This document shows, one piece after another, positions 27,075 through 35,406 of a stretch of 64,000 nucleotides of DNA. Origin of the DNA: an uncultured Armatimonadetes bacterium (GTDB lineage Bacteria > Armatimonadota > Fimbriimonadia > Fimbriimonadales > Fimbriimonadaceae); assembly GCA_903927345.1 (NCBI GenBank), contig CAIYMO010000032.1:23758-87757 (forward strand), given 5' to 3'. How positions within the stretch are numbered: position 1 is the stretch's first letter; each line of letters begins with the position of its first letter. Made by a program: the position numbers and the translations under genes. The notes beneath the pieces were generated by a model. That model was not told the origin of the DNA. It ran no database searches and saw only the letters and a list, made by a program, of their open reading frames with translations.

Positions 27075-27614
27075 ATGGACTGGGCGGGAATACTGCGATT
27101 TTGCCGTCTGATTCTTCGACGGATCACCAGCCCCGCTGATGCTTCTCGCCCGCCTGAATCAGCGCCACTCAGCTACAAGGCGTTCAAAAAACTGGCATAC
27201 AAAACGTTTCACAAGTATGGATTTCAACCCCACGGCGGAAAGCTTCAGCGCTGCACCGACACCACCAAAGAAGACATCGTTGTGTACAAATCCAGGTTCT
27301 CGAGCGAAGTTTTCATTGACGCGAACATTTGGTATCTCCGATTAGGAGATGGACCAGCCACCGACACAGAACTCGACTATCATGTCAGCATCCGGATTTC
27401 CAGATGCGTTCCGAACGCACAGCTGAGCGCGATCGATTCCGAAAAAATAGCCACTGAAGAAGCCGCCACGATCCTTCTTCGCAACCTCGCCGAACAAGTC
27501 GAAACCGAACTGTTTATCCCGGCTAGAGATGAGAGGAACCTAGTGGCGATTAAGCAATATGAATGGGCGAGAGCGGCATACTACTCACCAATCTTGGAGC
27601 TGCCGCCGAGTTAA
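27075..27614 (+). CDS. Hypothetical protein (weak resemblance to DUF4304-type immunity-like proteins)
   Basis: 179-aa ORF in a lower-GC stretch. Segment FKKLAYKTFHKYGFQPHGGKLQRC...IVVYKSRFSSEVFIDANIWY recalls the DUF4304 pattern. No search was done and the start is uncertain. Confidence 0.45.
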   Translation: MDWAGILRFCRLILRRITSPADASRPPESAPLSYKAFKKLAYKTFHKYGFQPHGGKLQRCTDTTKEDIVVYKSRFSSEVFIDANIWYLRLGDGPATDTELDYHVSIRISRCVPNAQLSAIDSEKIATEEAATILLRNLAEQVETELFIPARDERNLVAIKQYEWARAAYYSPILELPPS

Positions 27615-27834
27615 CTACCCAAGCCCACGTCTCTTCCGAAACATGGTCACCGATCAAAGTTTTGGGCCCAGGCGGATGTCGGGGCCCTGTGTCCAAGTTT
27701 GTCCACTGCTTAATGAAGCGAGACATAACAAACTCGGTTCCGTATGGCAGCCGACTCAGCGTCAATAGCTAGGTTTGCTCAAAAGTCGACAATAATGCCT
27801 GCAATCCGCCGCACTAAATCCAATCCGCACCAGG

Positions 27835-28137
27835 TCATGCGTCCTCAGCTTCAGTACCCAGCGCACCCTCGGCTGACTCGGTCTCCCCTCTGAGAGACGC
27901 CATCTTCTCCGACTGCTCATCAATCTTCACTTTGAGCAACTTGATCTGCTCATCGCTCAAACCGCGTACAAGTCGCTTATTGATGTCGACAACGTTCCCC
28001 TGTGCGTCAAAGAGCGGCGCCCTCAGCAAATAGTCGTGAAGTTCCTGTTGTTCAGTTGGCTCGTCCTGCATCGTGTTCACCACGCGTTCCAGAAAGTGGG
28101 GAGCGAAACCAGACGGTTGAATCGGAATCGTCCCCAA
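27835..28137 (-). CDS. Hypothetical small acidic protein
   Basis: 100-aa ORF with a TTG start at 28137. An internal ATG at 28071 (MQDEPTEQQ...) gives 78 aa. No family recognised. Lies in the lower-GC stretch. Confidence 0.4.
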   Translation of the reverse strand: MGTIPIQPSGFAPHFLERVVNTMQDEPTEQQELHDYLLRAPLFDAQGNVVDINKRLVRGLSDEQIKLLKVKIDEQSEKMASLRGETESAEGALGTEAEDA

Positions 28138-28327
28138 GAATATTTCGGCAAAACATATCAGTGATATATAGTGTTTCCTTGCATTTCACTGAACGAATGT
28201 TAAGAACCCGATTGATCTACCAGCCCCGATTCGTCCCGACGCTTCTAACCGAAACGAGGTTGACAAACACCCCAAAACGTCGCCTAGAGAGTGACGATGA
28301 AACTCGCACGCGCACACTTGCAAACCA

Positions 28328-28398
28328 CGCGCCCATTCGCGCCCACTTTTGACCAAGGTTCAAATCCATTTGAACCTAAGACGCCCATCACGCCCACT
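28328..28398 (+). repeat. Four direct CGCCCAY copies flanking a perfect 9-2-9 palindrome GGTTCAAAT-CC-ATTTGAACC
   Basis: CGCCCAT at 28330 and 28382; CGCCCAC at 28340 and 28391; palindrome at 28357-28376. All read directly. Located in the 344-nt ftsY upstream region. Confidence 0.4.
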
Positions 28399-28481
28399 CC
28401 ACAAGCCACTGCAAGGACTTGCAAGTGCTAACTCGAGCGACTCGAGCCTAGCGACAAGACCCCGTCGCAGGTACCCTCTAA

Positions 28482-29360
28482 ATGATGTTCAAGCGGTTAA
28501 TGGAGCGAGTCGATCGAATGCTCGGACGGGGCGTGATCGACGACGAATTCTATGAGGAACTCGAAGAAGCCCTCCTCCAGGCCGACACGCACATCCAAGT
28601 CGTCGGCGAAATCCTCGACCAACTCCGCCAAACCATCCGCGAAGAAAAGGTCACCGAACCAGAGGCAATCAAGGACCGACTCCAACGCTTCATCGCCGAC
28701 CGGTTCCGCGTTCAAGACGAAGCCGGACTCGCCGTCGCCGACGAAGGTCCAACCGTCTACCTCTTCGTCGGAGTCAACGGCGTCGGGAAAACCACAACCA
28801 TCGCCAAGCTCGCCTACCTGCTGAAAACCAAATACCAGGCCACCGTCCTCCTCGCCGCCGGCGATACCTTCCGCGCCGCCGCCATCGAACAACTCGACAC
28901 CTGGGCCCAGCGCATCGGCTGCGACATCGTCAAATCCCAACCCGGAGCCGACAGCGCCACCGTCCTCTTCGACGCAATCACCGCCGCCAAAGCCCGCGGC
29001 GCCGAATTCGTCCTCTGCGACACCGCTGGTCGACAGCACAGCAAAGCCAACCTCATGGCTGAACTAGAGAAAGTCAGAAAGGTGACCCAAAAAGCCCTCG
29101 GTCACAATCCCGACGAAGTGTTATTAGTCCTCGATGCTAATACCGGCCAAAATGCCATCCGTCAAGCGGAAGAGTTCACCAAAGCTGCCGGCATCACCGG
29201 CCTAATCCTCACCAAACTCGACGGAACCGCCAAAGGCGGCGCGCTCATCGGAATCAACGAACGCCTAAGGATCCCAATCAAGTTCATCGGCGTCGGCGAG
29301 AAAGTGACCGACCTAAAAGACTTCATCCCCGACCAATTCGCAGCCCAAATGTTCGACTGA
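28482..29360 (+). CDS. ftsY: Signal recognition particle receptor FtsY (short form, NG domain only)
   Basis: GVNGVGKTTTIAKLA (G1), DTAGR (G3), TKLDGTAKGG (G4). The N-terminal MMFKRLMERVDRML could be the amphipathic membrane-targeting helix. No acidic A domain. Confidence 0.95.
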   Translation: MMFKRLMERVDRMLGRGVIDDEFYEELEEALLQADTHIQVVGEILDQLRQTIREEKVTEPEAIKDRLQRFIADRFRVQDEAGLAVADEGPTVYLFVGVNGVGKTTTIAKLAYLLKTKYQATVLLAAGDTFRAAAIEQLDTWAQRIGCDIVKSQPGADSATVLFDAITAAKARGAEFVLCDTAGRQHSKANLMAELEKVRKVTQKALGHNPDEVLLVLDANTGQNAIRQAEEFTKAAGITGLILTKLDGTAKGGALIGINERLRIPIKFIGVGEKVTDLKDFIPDQFAAQMFD

Positions 29361-29362
29361 TC

Positions 29363-29695
29363 ATGGCAACTCTCTTCACGAAAATCATCAACGGCGAAAT
29401 CCCCGGCGACATCGTTTATCAAGACGACTACGTCGTCGCATTCCGAGACATAACGCCCGTCGCCCCAACGCACGTCCTCATCGTTCCCCGCGCCGAAATC
29501 CCCGGCCTAGCAACCCTGCCCGACGAAGGCGACCACCTTCACATCCTGAACGCCGCAAAGAAAATCGCCGAACTGGAAGGTCTAACCGACGGCTACCGAT
29601 TAGTAATCAATCAAGGCGAAGACGCAGGACAAACCGTCCCGCATCTTCACGCTCACCTAATCGGGGGCCGAAAACTCTCCTGGCCCCCAGGTTAG
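29363..29695 (+). CDS. HIT family (histidine triad) nucleotide hydrolase
   Basis: IFTKIINGEIP start and histidine triad HLHAHLIGG. Confidence 0.9.
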   Translation: MATLFTKIINGEIPGDIVYQDDYVVAFRDITPVAPTHVLIVPRAEIPGLATLPDEGDHLHILNAAKKIAELEGLTDGYRLVINQGEDAGQTVPHLHAHLIGGRKLSWPPG

Positions 29696-29698
29696 TGT

Positions 29699-31165
29699 TT
29701 AGTTCTTAACGTCCTTAGGAAGTCGACCCTTATAATCGCCCAGCGCGTGAGTCGTCAAGTAAACAAGCTTCGCCGTGTTAGCGATCTTGTCAAAGTTGAT
29801 CTTGTCTACTGTATCCGTCGGCTGGTGATAGTCCGGCGTAAATCCGCAGAAGAAGAAAGCAATCGGAATTCCCTTCCGAGCGAAGTTGTAGTGGTCACTT
29901 CGAGTGTAAACATCCTCCGCGTCGTACTTGAACTTAAATCCAACCGACTGGTTTGCCTCCATCAGCAATCGATCCAACTCAGTCGAGATTCGCTTCGAAC
30001 CAACCAGTCGCATCGTATCGCCGTTCTCTTCAACTTTATCGATCCGCTTCGGATCGCCGTTCTGAGCACCGTAAGAGTCTCGACCAATCATATCCATCTG
30101 CAACTCAGCAACCATGTTGTCGAGATTAATCGGCGAGTTATTGGCCAGATAAGCAGAACCTAGAAGTCCCATCTCTTCGCCATAAAATGCCATGAAGAGA
30201 ACACTCCGCTTTGGTTTAACCGGATTCATCGCAAGCGCCTTAGCAACTTGCATCACACCGGTCGATCCCGAACCGTCGTCGTCCGCGCCGTAGTAAATCG
30301 TTCCGTTGCGGTTACCCAAGTGATCCAAGTGACCGCCAATGCCGATGTACTCTTCCTTCAGCTTCGGATCAGAACCTTCGAGCTTGGCGACAACGTTCAT
30401 GATCTTAATTTTCTCGGTCTGCATCGAAGCCTTGACGACAACATTGCCAAGCTCCGTCACCGTCGCTGGAATAACGCGTGGTTGATAAATCGCCTGACCA
30501 ATCGCATTCGACAGCCCTTCGCGCTTCACCATCAGTCGAGCATTTCCACCGCCTGCTGTTCCTGGATCCGACGCTCGGCCCGTCCAACCCGGAGCCGAAA
30601 CTTTCTCCGCAACCGTGACAACTGCCTTAGCATCCAAAAGCGCCAACCGAACGCCTCGCGATACAGTTCCCACCACAAATACAACCTTGTCCTTCAGCTG
30701 CGCGGCAACCGAATCATCCAGCTTCTCGGGAGCTTCTTTGCCCAAAACCAAAAGCATTCCTGGAGCCGAGATGTCTGCTTTTCCACTTGCGACAACCCCA
30801 ATATCATTCACGCTGATCGACTTTCCGCCAACGCTAACCGCCAAGCTCTTCGGATCGGTTCGAACTCGCCAAAAGTCGTTGTACTGGAAATAGCTCCCGT
30901 CGGCCATGACCGACTTCAATCCAAGCTTCTTGAAGTGCGCCGCAACATAGTTTGCTGCCTTTTCAAAGCCAGGCTCTCCAGACCCGCGACCTTCGCACTC
31001 AGGTCCTGCCAGGAATCCAAGGTATTCCTTGCCATCCTTCGGTGAAATCGAATCAAACCCGGGCTTGAGGTTTCCAGGCACCTCAGCAAGTCCAGGTCGG
31101 AACTGTGCTTGTGCAACCAGTGCCAGCGAGCAGGCGAGAAGTGGGGCGGCGAAACGAGAACGCAT
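29699..31165 (-). CDS. M28 family metallopeptidase (secreted aminopeptidase) with PA-like insert
   Basis: Signal peptide MRSRFAAPLLACSLALVAQAQ. GADDDGSGSTGVMQVAKAL, FMAFYGEEMGLLGS, QMDMIG and SDHYNF motifs of M28. Confidence 0.88.
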   Translation of the reverse strand: MRSRFAAPLLACSLALVAQAQFRPGLAEVPGNLKPGFDSISPKDGKEYLGFLAGPECEGRGSGEPGFEKAANYVAAHFKKLGLKSVMADGSYFQYNDFWRVRTDPKSLAVSVGGKSISVNDIGVVASGKADISAPGMLLVLGKEAPEKLDDSVAAQLKDKVVFVVGTVSRGVRLALLDAKAVVTVAEKVSAPGWTGRASDPGTAGGGNARLMVKREGLSNAIGQAIYQPRVIPATVTELGNVVVKASMQTEKIKIMNVVAKLEGSDPKLKEEYIGIGGHLDHLGNRNGTIYYGADDDGSGSTGVMQVAKALAMNPVKPKRSVLFMAFYGEEMGLLGSAYLANNSPINLDNMVAELQMDMIGRDSYGAQNGDPKRIDKVEENGDTMRLVGSKRISTELDRLLMEANQSVGFKFKYDAEDVYTRSDHYNFARKGIPIAFFFCGFTPDYHQPTDTVDKINFDKIANTAKLVYLTTHALGDYKGRLPKDVKN

Positions 31166-31237
31166 GACGCTAATTTACCGAGTTGGGAACCTAAACTGTT
31201 CCGGTCAACGCATCCTTTCGGGAGCTTGAACGTAACA

Positions 31238-31483
31238 ATGTTCATGTCAGCCTGGATATGTGGAGTCTGTGGGACTCCTTCCTCAGGAGATGCGTGCCCT
31301 AAGTGCATGAGTGTTCGTCCCGCCAAGATCGAGGGACTCAACGCTCCAACGAGCTACGCTGGTATCGTGGCGGGCCCAGGATCACTGCCGAAGAATTCAA
31401 AAACATTGCAGACTTGGCGACTGATGCTGGCAGTTTTGGGTGGGCTGATCATTTTGTCCGTAATCGTCGTGCAGCTCCGATAG
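31238..31483 (+). CDS. Small zinc-ribbon protein with C-terminal transmembrane helix
   Basis: 81 aa. CGVCG-N9-CPKC four-Cys ribbon, then WRLMLAVLGGLIILSVIVVQL. The ORF-track start at 31109 overlaps the divergent M28 gene. Confidence 0.5.
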   Translation: MFMSAWICGVCGTPSSGDACPKCMSVRPAKIEGLNAPTSYAGIVAGPGSLPKNSKTLQTWRLMLAVLGGLIILSVIVVQLR

Positions 31484-31506
31484 TTTAGGAGTTCTCGGTA
31501 GCGGGA

Positions 31507-31548
31507 TTGACAAAAGAATACCGATTAGTTATATAATCAATCGGTTAT
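31507..31548 (+). promoter_or_regulatory. Consensus sigma70-like promoter overlapped by a palindromic operator upstream of arsR
   Basis: TTGACA at 31507-31512. TATATA/TATAAT at 31530-31537, with 17- or 19-nt spacer. Inverted repeat ACCGATT-N12-AATCGGT at 31520-31545. ATG at 31551. Confidence 0.55.
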
Positions 31549-31550
31549 CA

Positions 31551-31886
31551 ATGGCGTCCGACAAACTCAGTCTCGTTTTCTCCGCCCTCGCCGATCCAAC
31601 TCGGAGGGCAATTCTTGCCGCCTTGGCCCTTGGCCCTATGCCGGTCGGAGATATCGCGAAGCCGTTTGCAATGTCTGAACCCGCCGTGATCAAGCACCTC
31701 AAGGTGCTTGAGAAAGCTGGACTAGTTGAGGCCGATAGGAAGGGACAAATGCGCCCCCGAAGCCTGAACGCAAAACCACTTGCCGAGGCAAACACCTGGG
31801 TTGAGCAGTATCGCCAACATTGGGAAGCCAGCTTTGATCGGTTGGACGCCTACTTACAAGAACTTCAAGCTGGAGAACAACAATGA
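31551..31886 (+). CDS. ArsR/SmtB family transcriptional regulator (no metal-binding Cys motif visible)
   Basis: FSALADPTRRAILAALA...VGDIAKPFAMSEPAVIKHLKVLEKAGLV winged-helix core. Confidence 0.9.
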   Translation: MASDKLSLVFSALADPTRRAILAALALGPMPVGDIAKPFAMSEPAVIKHLKVLEKAGLVEADRKGQMRPRSLNAKPLAEANTWVEQYRQHWEASFDRLDAYLQELQAGEQQ

Positions 31887-32383
31887 ACTACGAACCCTTT
31901 GTGCTGGAACGCACATTCAAAGCCCCTCTCCCCCTCGTTTGGGCAGCGTTAAGCCAAGCCGAGCATCTCAGTCAGTGGATGTCACCGAAAGGGATGACGC
32001 CTGGTCGGTGCATGTGCGAATTTCGTGAAGGGGGGATCTATCACTATGAGATTCTTCCGCCTGAAGGACCTGGATTCTGGGGGCGTTGGATCTTTCGCGA
32101 GATTGTTGATCAAGAGTTGATCGTCAACCATGTCTCATTTTCAGATGAAGGATGTGGAATCACTCGACACCCCATGGCACACGATTGGCCCATCGAGACA
32201 CTTTCGCGAACTCAGTTTTCAGAGGTGGATGGCGGAACTCTGGTTCGTCTGGAGTGGTCTGCGTTAGGATCAGATCCGGTCGCCCTGAAAATTTTCGACG
32301 ATGCTCGTCCAAGCATGACTCAAGGCTGGGGCGGGACGATGGACAAGTTGGATGAGTACTTGGAGGAAATTCAGAATGTCTGA
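31883..32383 (+). CDS. SRPBCC / AHSA1 (Activator of Hsp90 ATPase homologue 1-like) domain protein, copy 1
   Basis: LERTFKAPLPLVWAALSQAEHLSQWMSP pattern. ATGA overlap with arsR. Confidence 0.85.
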   Translation: MNYEPFVLERTFKAPLPLVWAALSQAEHLSQWMSPKGMTPGRCMCEFREGGIYHYEILPPEGPGFWGRWIFREIVDQELIVNHVSFSDEGCGITRHPMAHDWPIETLSRTQFSEVDGGTLVRLEWSALGSDPVALKIFDDARPSMTQGWGGTMDKLDEYLEEIQNV

Positions 32384-32864
32384 ATTTAAGTTGGAATTCG
32401 AACCCCTTGGCGATACAGAGATCGTGATGACTCGCAAGTTCCGCGCTCCGCGGGAGCTTGTCTTCCGTGCCTACACCGACCCTGTCATGGTGAAGAAGTG
32501 GATGTGTCCGCCTTGTGGGGAGTCGACCATGCTCGTGATCGATACTTCGATCGGAGGAGTTTGGCGGCACAAGATTGACATGGGAGAGCACGGAACGTTT
32601 GATTCGTTTGGGCAGACTTTGGAGTTTGACGCTCCCAATCGGATCGTTCGGTCTGATGTGGTCAACATCCCCGGTGCGCGTGAGAACATCGCGACGGAGA
32701 CAACGACGTTTTCCGAAGAAGACGGAGTCACCACTCTCCAACTGGTGGTCAGGCACTTGAGCAAGGAGATTCGGGATCAGAACATCGCCTTTACTGAAGG
32801 ATCTTGCTCGGCTTACGATGCGCTCGAATTGGTTCTGGAGGAAGTTCAAAGTGCCGGAGTTTAA
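32376..32864 (+). CDS. SRPBCC / AHSA1 domain protein, copy 2
   Basis: MSEFKLEFEPLGDTEIVMTRKFRAPRELVFRAYTDPVMVKKWM. ATG 32376 overlaps the copy 1 stop (ATGTCTGA). Confidence 0.85.
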   Translation: MSEFKLEFEPLGDTEIVMTRKFRAPRELVFRAYTDPVMVKKWMCPPCGESTMLVIDTSIGGVWRHKIDMGEHGTFDSFGQTLEFDAPNRIVRSDVVNIPGARENIATETTTFSEEDGVTTLQLVVRHLSKEIRDQNIAFTEGSCSAYDALELVLEEVQSAGV

Positions 32865-33336
32865 ACTGGAACTACAGCTTAGAGGAGACACCGAAATCGT
32901 ACTGAAACGCCAATTTCGCGCACCTCAAGGGCTGGTCTTCAATTGCTTTACCGATCCCGAGGTTTTGCCAAAATGGCTGGGGAGTGGAATGGGGACGACG
33001 ACCCTTTGCGTCGCAGACTACGAGATTGGTGGAGTCTGGCGGCACATGATGGATATGGGTGAGCACGGCGTGTTCGACTCTTTCGGGCAGACGCTTGATT
33101 TTGAGGCACCCACTCGCTTAGTGCGGAGTTATGTGTTCAATGTCCCGGTCATTCGAGAGGCAGTTTGCACCGAGACAGCCGTCTTCTCTGAGTCGGAAGG
33201 CGTGGCATCCGTCGAAATCGTGATTCGCCACTTTAGCAAGGAAAATCGGGATGGCCATGCCGCCTCTGGAATTGAGTACGGCGCGGGGCTCAGCTACGAT
33301 TCTCTTGAAGCACTACTCGCTCAGCCACAAGGTTGA
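32851..33336 (+). CDS. SRPBCC / AHSA1 domain protein, copy 3 (close paralogue of copy 2)
   Basis: GTG 32851 gives (M)PEFKLELQLRGDTEIVLKRQFRAPQGLVFNCFTDPEVLPKWL, colinear with copy 2. 14-nt overlap with the copy 2 end. Confidence 0.8.
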   Translation: MPEFKLELQLRGDTEIVLKRQFRAPQGLVFNCFTDPEVLPKWLGSGMGTTTLCVADYEIGGVWRHMMDMGEHGVFDSFGQTLDFEAPTRLVRSYVFNVPVIREAVCTETAVFSESEGVASVEIVIRHFSKENRDGHAASGIEYGAGLSYDSLEALLAQPQG

Positions 33337-35388
33337 CGTGACGCCACGAGGGTAATAGCGGCTACCACAGGCTTTCCCTGCCAACATCTGGTCGCTCCAC
33401 GCGAAGTAGGCATTGGTGGGGTCGAGCAGCCAGCCAACGTGGGCCCCGTCAGCCTCTGAGTCAGGACTGAAGCCGAGGATATTCTCGGCTATGGCTTGGC
33501 AAAGATAAATCTTGCTGAGCCAGGAGTTGTCACTTGTTGAACTGAGCTTCCATCCACCATCCTCAAATTTGCAAGTTCCCTTCTTCAGAACCGTTTCGAG
33601 GTGGGTCTTCAAGGCGTTCACCAAAGTCGAAGAATCTGTAAGGTCAAAGCCGAGATAGTCAAGGTAGACCAACCCTTCGATTGCAGGAATGAGTCGAGCC
33701 GGGACGCCTTCTCCGATGATTGCAGGCATCGTCCCATCGGGCTCAACGGCAGCAAGGATGGTTGCTTCAGCGAGTTTTGCCTGCGACAGTGCAGTTTCGG
33801 CTTCCTGGGTGAGTCCGAGATCGGAGAACACCCTCGCAACTAACTTATAGGCTGCCCAGCCTTTGACGGCAAGGTAGAGGTTGTTTCGGGCTTGGCCCAG
33901 AGAGACGTCAAGGCTATCGTAGGTCGTAATCTCTGCTCCACCGAAACAGCGGCTTGAGTCAAGGCTGATCACTCCATTTCGCTCGGCTGGATTAGGGTTG
34001 TCTCGATTCAGCATGCTGGCAAGGCACGCCTTCAGAGTTTCCTGCTGAGCTGAGAGCCAGTTCGTGTCTCCGGTTCTGAGTCCGTAGACCGAGGCGCAAA
34101 TTGACCAGTTCAAGAGTTGCTCAGCGGTCATATAGCTAAAGCAGCCTTTGAGTCCACCCTGTTCGTAGCTTGAGTTTCCAGGGGATGAGAAATTGTTCGA
34201 AACTCCCATGTCATGGCTGAACGAGAGCCCGCCGGGGTGTTTGGTGTCGTCACCAGGGAACTGGATCGTGTCCTCGTAGGCGTAGCGCTCAACAAAGAGG
34301 TCAAGCTCGTTGCGTACCGTCCATGGGTTCATTTTTAGCTCAAAGAACAGTTGGTCAATCGTAAGGTCCAACGTGTTCATCATTCGATACTCGCCCTCAT
34401 TAACCACCCATAGCGCGGTTCCATCTTCTCGTTCGAGCATCTCAGTTGCGCCGTAGTAGCTTCGAACTGCGTGGGCGTGCATGGAAGCGCGATCCTCACT
34501 GAGACCCTTGGACAACGCAGAGTCCTGGGCTTGAGCTTCTGCGATCAATGCCTCAGCTCGATTAAGCGTATGGTCCAAAACCTCTTCAATGGAGTCGAAG
34601 AATCGTCGGTAGTAGTAACGAGTCTTGATGCCCGCTGTGGCCGTGCCCTCACGGAAGAAGCCAGCCGCAAATCGATAAGTGCGCTTTTCGCCGGCAGGTA
34701 CGGTCGTCCACAGGATGCCGGTGCTTCCGATCAGAAACGGTTCATTCTCCGGCTTGCGAGCATTAACCACCATCTCAGGTTGCCAGGCAACACCTGCTCG
34801 GAATCCTGGCTCGTTCGTCGCCAGGGCAACCGAAACTCCCTGCCCTACTCCAAGGAGCCCGTCCGTCTCAATGATCCGAACTCCTGAGAAGCGATCGGAC
34901 CCCGCATAACCAAGAAACACTTTTCGGTCTCTGGAACAGTTGGAGTTGTCCACTTCAACTTCCATCAGCACTCCGGGGCAAAGAGCGTTTTTGAGTGACA
35001 CTTCGTCAGCAGCTACAGGGTCAGGAACTGCGTTGTAAGGGGTTACGATTCGGAACTTCAGATCACCCACGACCCACACATCTGTACACGCCCGAAAATG
35101 TCGGGAGATCGAGTCCCAAGAGAAGTGGCTGATTCGATTTGGGTAGGAAAACTCTGCGTTATGTCCTTCGACATCGTAGTCGGCAGATTTGTCCTCCGCA
35201 GCTTCAAAGAACGGAAGGGCTTGGTAGTAGCCCTCACGGTTACTCTCCTCAAGCCCAACGTAAAACGGCTCATCAGCGGGTCCTTTTAGCTCGTGGCCAA
35301 GTCCACCTTTCGCGCCCGGGAAACCAAGTGTCAACGAAGCAAAAGCTCCGACCGGAGAGTGGTGTGCGTTGAACTGAATGGAAGGCAT
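33313..35388 (-). CDS. Glycoside hydrolase family 52 beta-xylosidase
   Basis: Long colinear identity blocks with my recollection of Geobacillus GH52 XynB2: FNAHHSPVGAFAS, WVVNEGEYRMMNT(L/F)DLT(I/V)DQLFFELKMNPWTV, GGAEITTYDSLDVSLGQARNNLYLA, SWLSKIYLCQ, YYPRGVTS. No signal peptide. Confidence 0.93.
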   Translation of the reverse strand: MPSIQFNAHHSPVGAFASLTLGFPGAKGGLGHELKGPADEPFYVGLEESNREGYYQALPFFEAAEDKSADYDVEGHNAEFSYPNRISHFSWDSISRHFRACTDVWVVGDLKFRIVTPYNAVPDPVAADEVSLKNALCPGVLMEVEVDNSNCSRDRKVFLGYAGSDRFSGVRIIETDGLLGVGQGVSVALATNEPGFRAGVAWQPEMVVNARKPENEPFLIGSTGILWTTVPAGEKRTYRFAAGFFREGTATAGIKTRYYYRRFFDSIEEVLDHTLNRAEALIAEAQAQDSALSKGLSEDRASMHAHAVRSYYGATEMLEREDGTALWVVNEGEYRMMNTLDLTIDQLFFELKMNPWTVRNELDLFVERYAYEDTIQFPGDDTKHPGGLSFSHDMGVSNNFSSPGNSSYEQGGLKGCFSYMTAEQLLNWSICASVYGLRTGDTNWLSAQQETLKACLASMLNRDNPNPAERNGVISLDSSRCFGGAEITTYDSLDVSLGQARNNLYLAVKGWAAYKLVARVFSDLGLTQEAETALSQAKLAEATILAAVEPDGTMPAIIGEGVPARLIPAIEGLVYLDYLGFDLTDSSTLVNALKTHLETVLKKGTCKFEDGGWKLSSTSDNSWLSKIYLCQAIAENILGFSPDSEADGAHVGWLLDPTNAYFAWSDQMLAGKACGSRYYPRGVTSTLWLSE

Positions 35389-35406
35389 GCTCCTAGGAGC
35401 TTACCG

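Noticed and set aside
27550-27772. Three mutually overlapping 69-71 aa ORFs in the gap between the two islet ORFs.
   Set aside because: They overlap one another in different frames, have no start context or motifs, and have improbable compositions. The 220-nt gap is better treated as non-coding.
28357-28376. GGTTCAAATCC looks like a tRNA T-arm/T-loop, so I considered a tRNA or tmRNA gene in the ftsY upstream region.
   Set aside because: The flanks do not form a 5-bp T-stem. There is no acceptor stem, anticodon arm or CCA-proximal pairing. The element is simply a perfect 9-2-9 palindrome.
28138-28481. SRP RNA (4.5S/ffs) or another housekeeping ncRNA next to ftsY.
   Set aside because: I could not find the conserved SRP domain IV motifs (GGAA tetraloop context, AGCAG/GNAR elements) or any long helical pairing. 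The region is kept only as an unexplained structured region, described in the findings.
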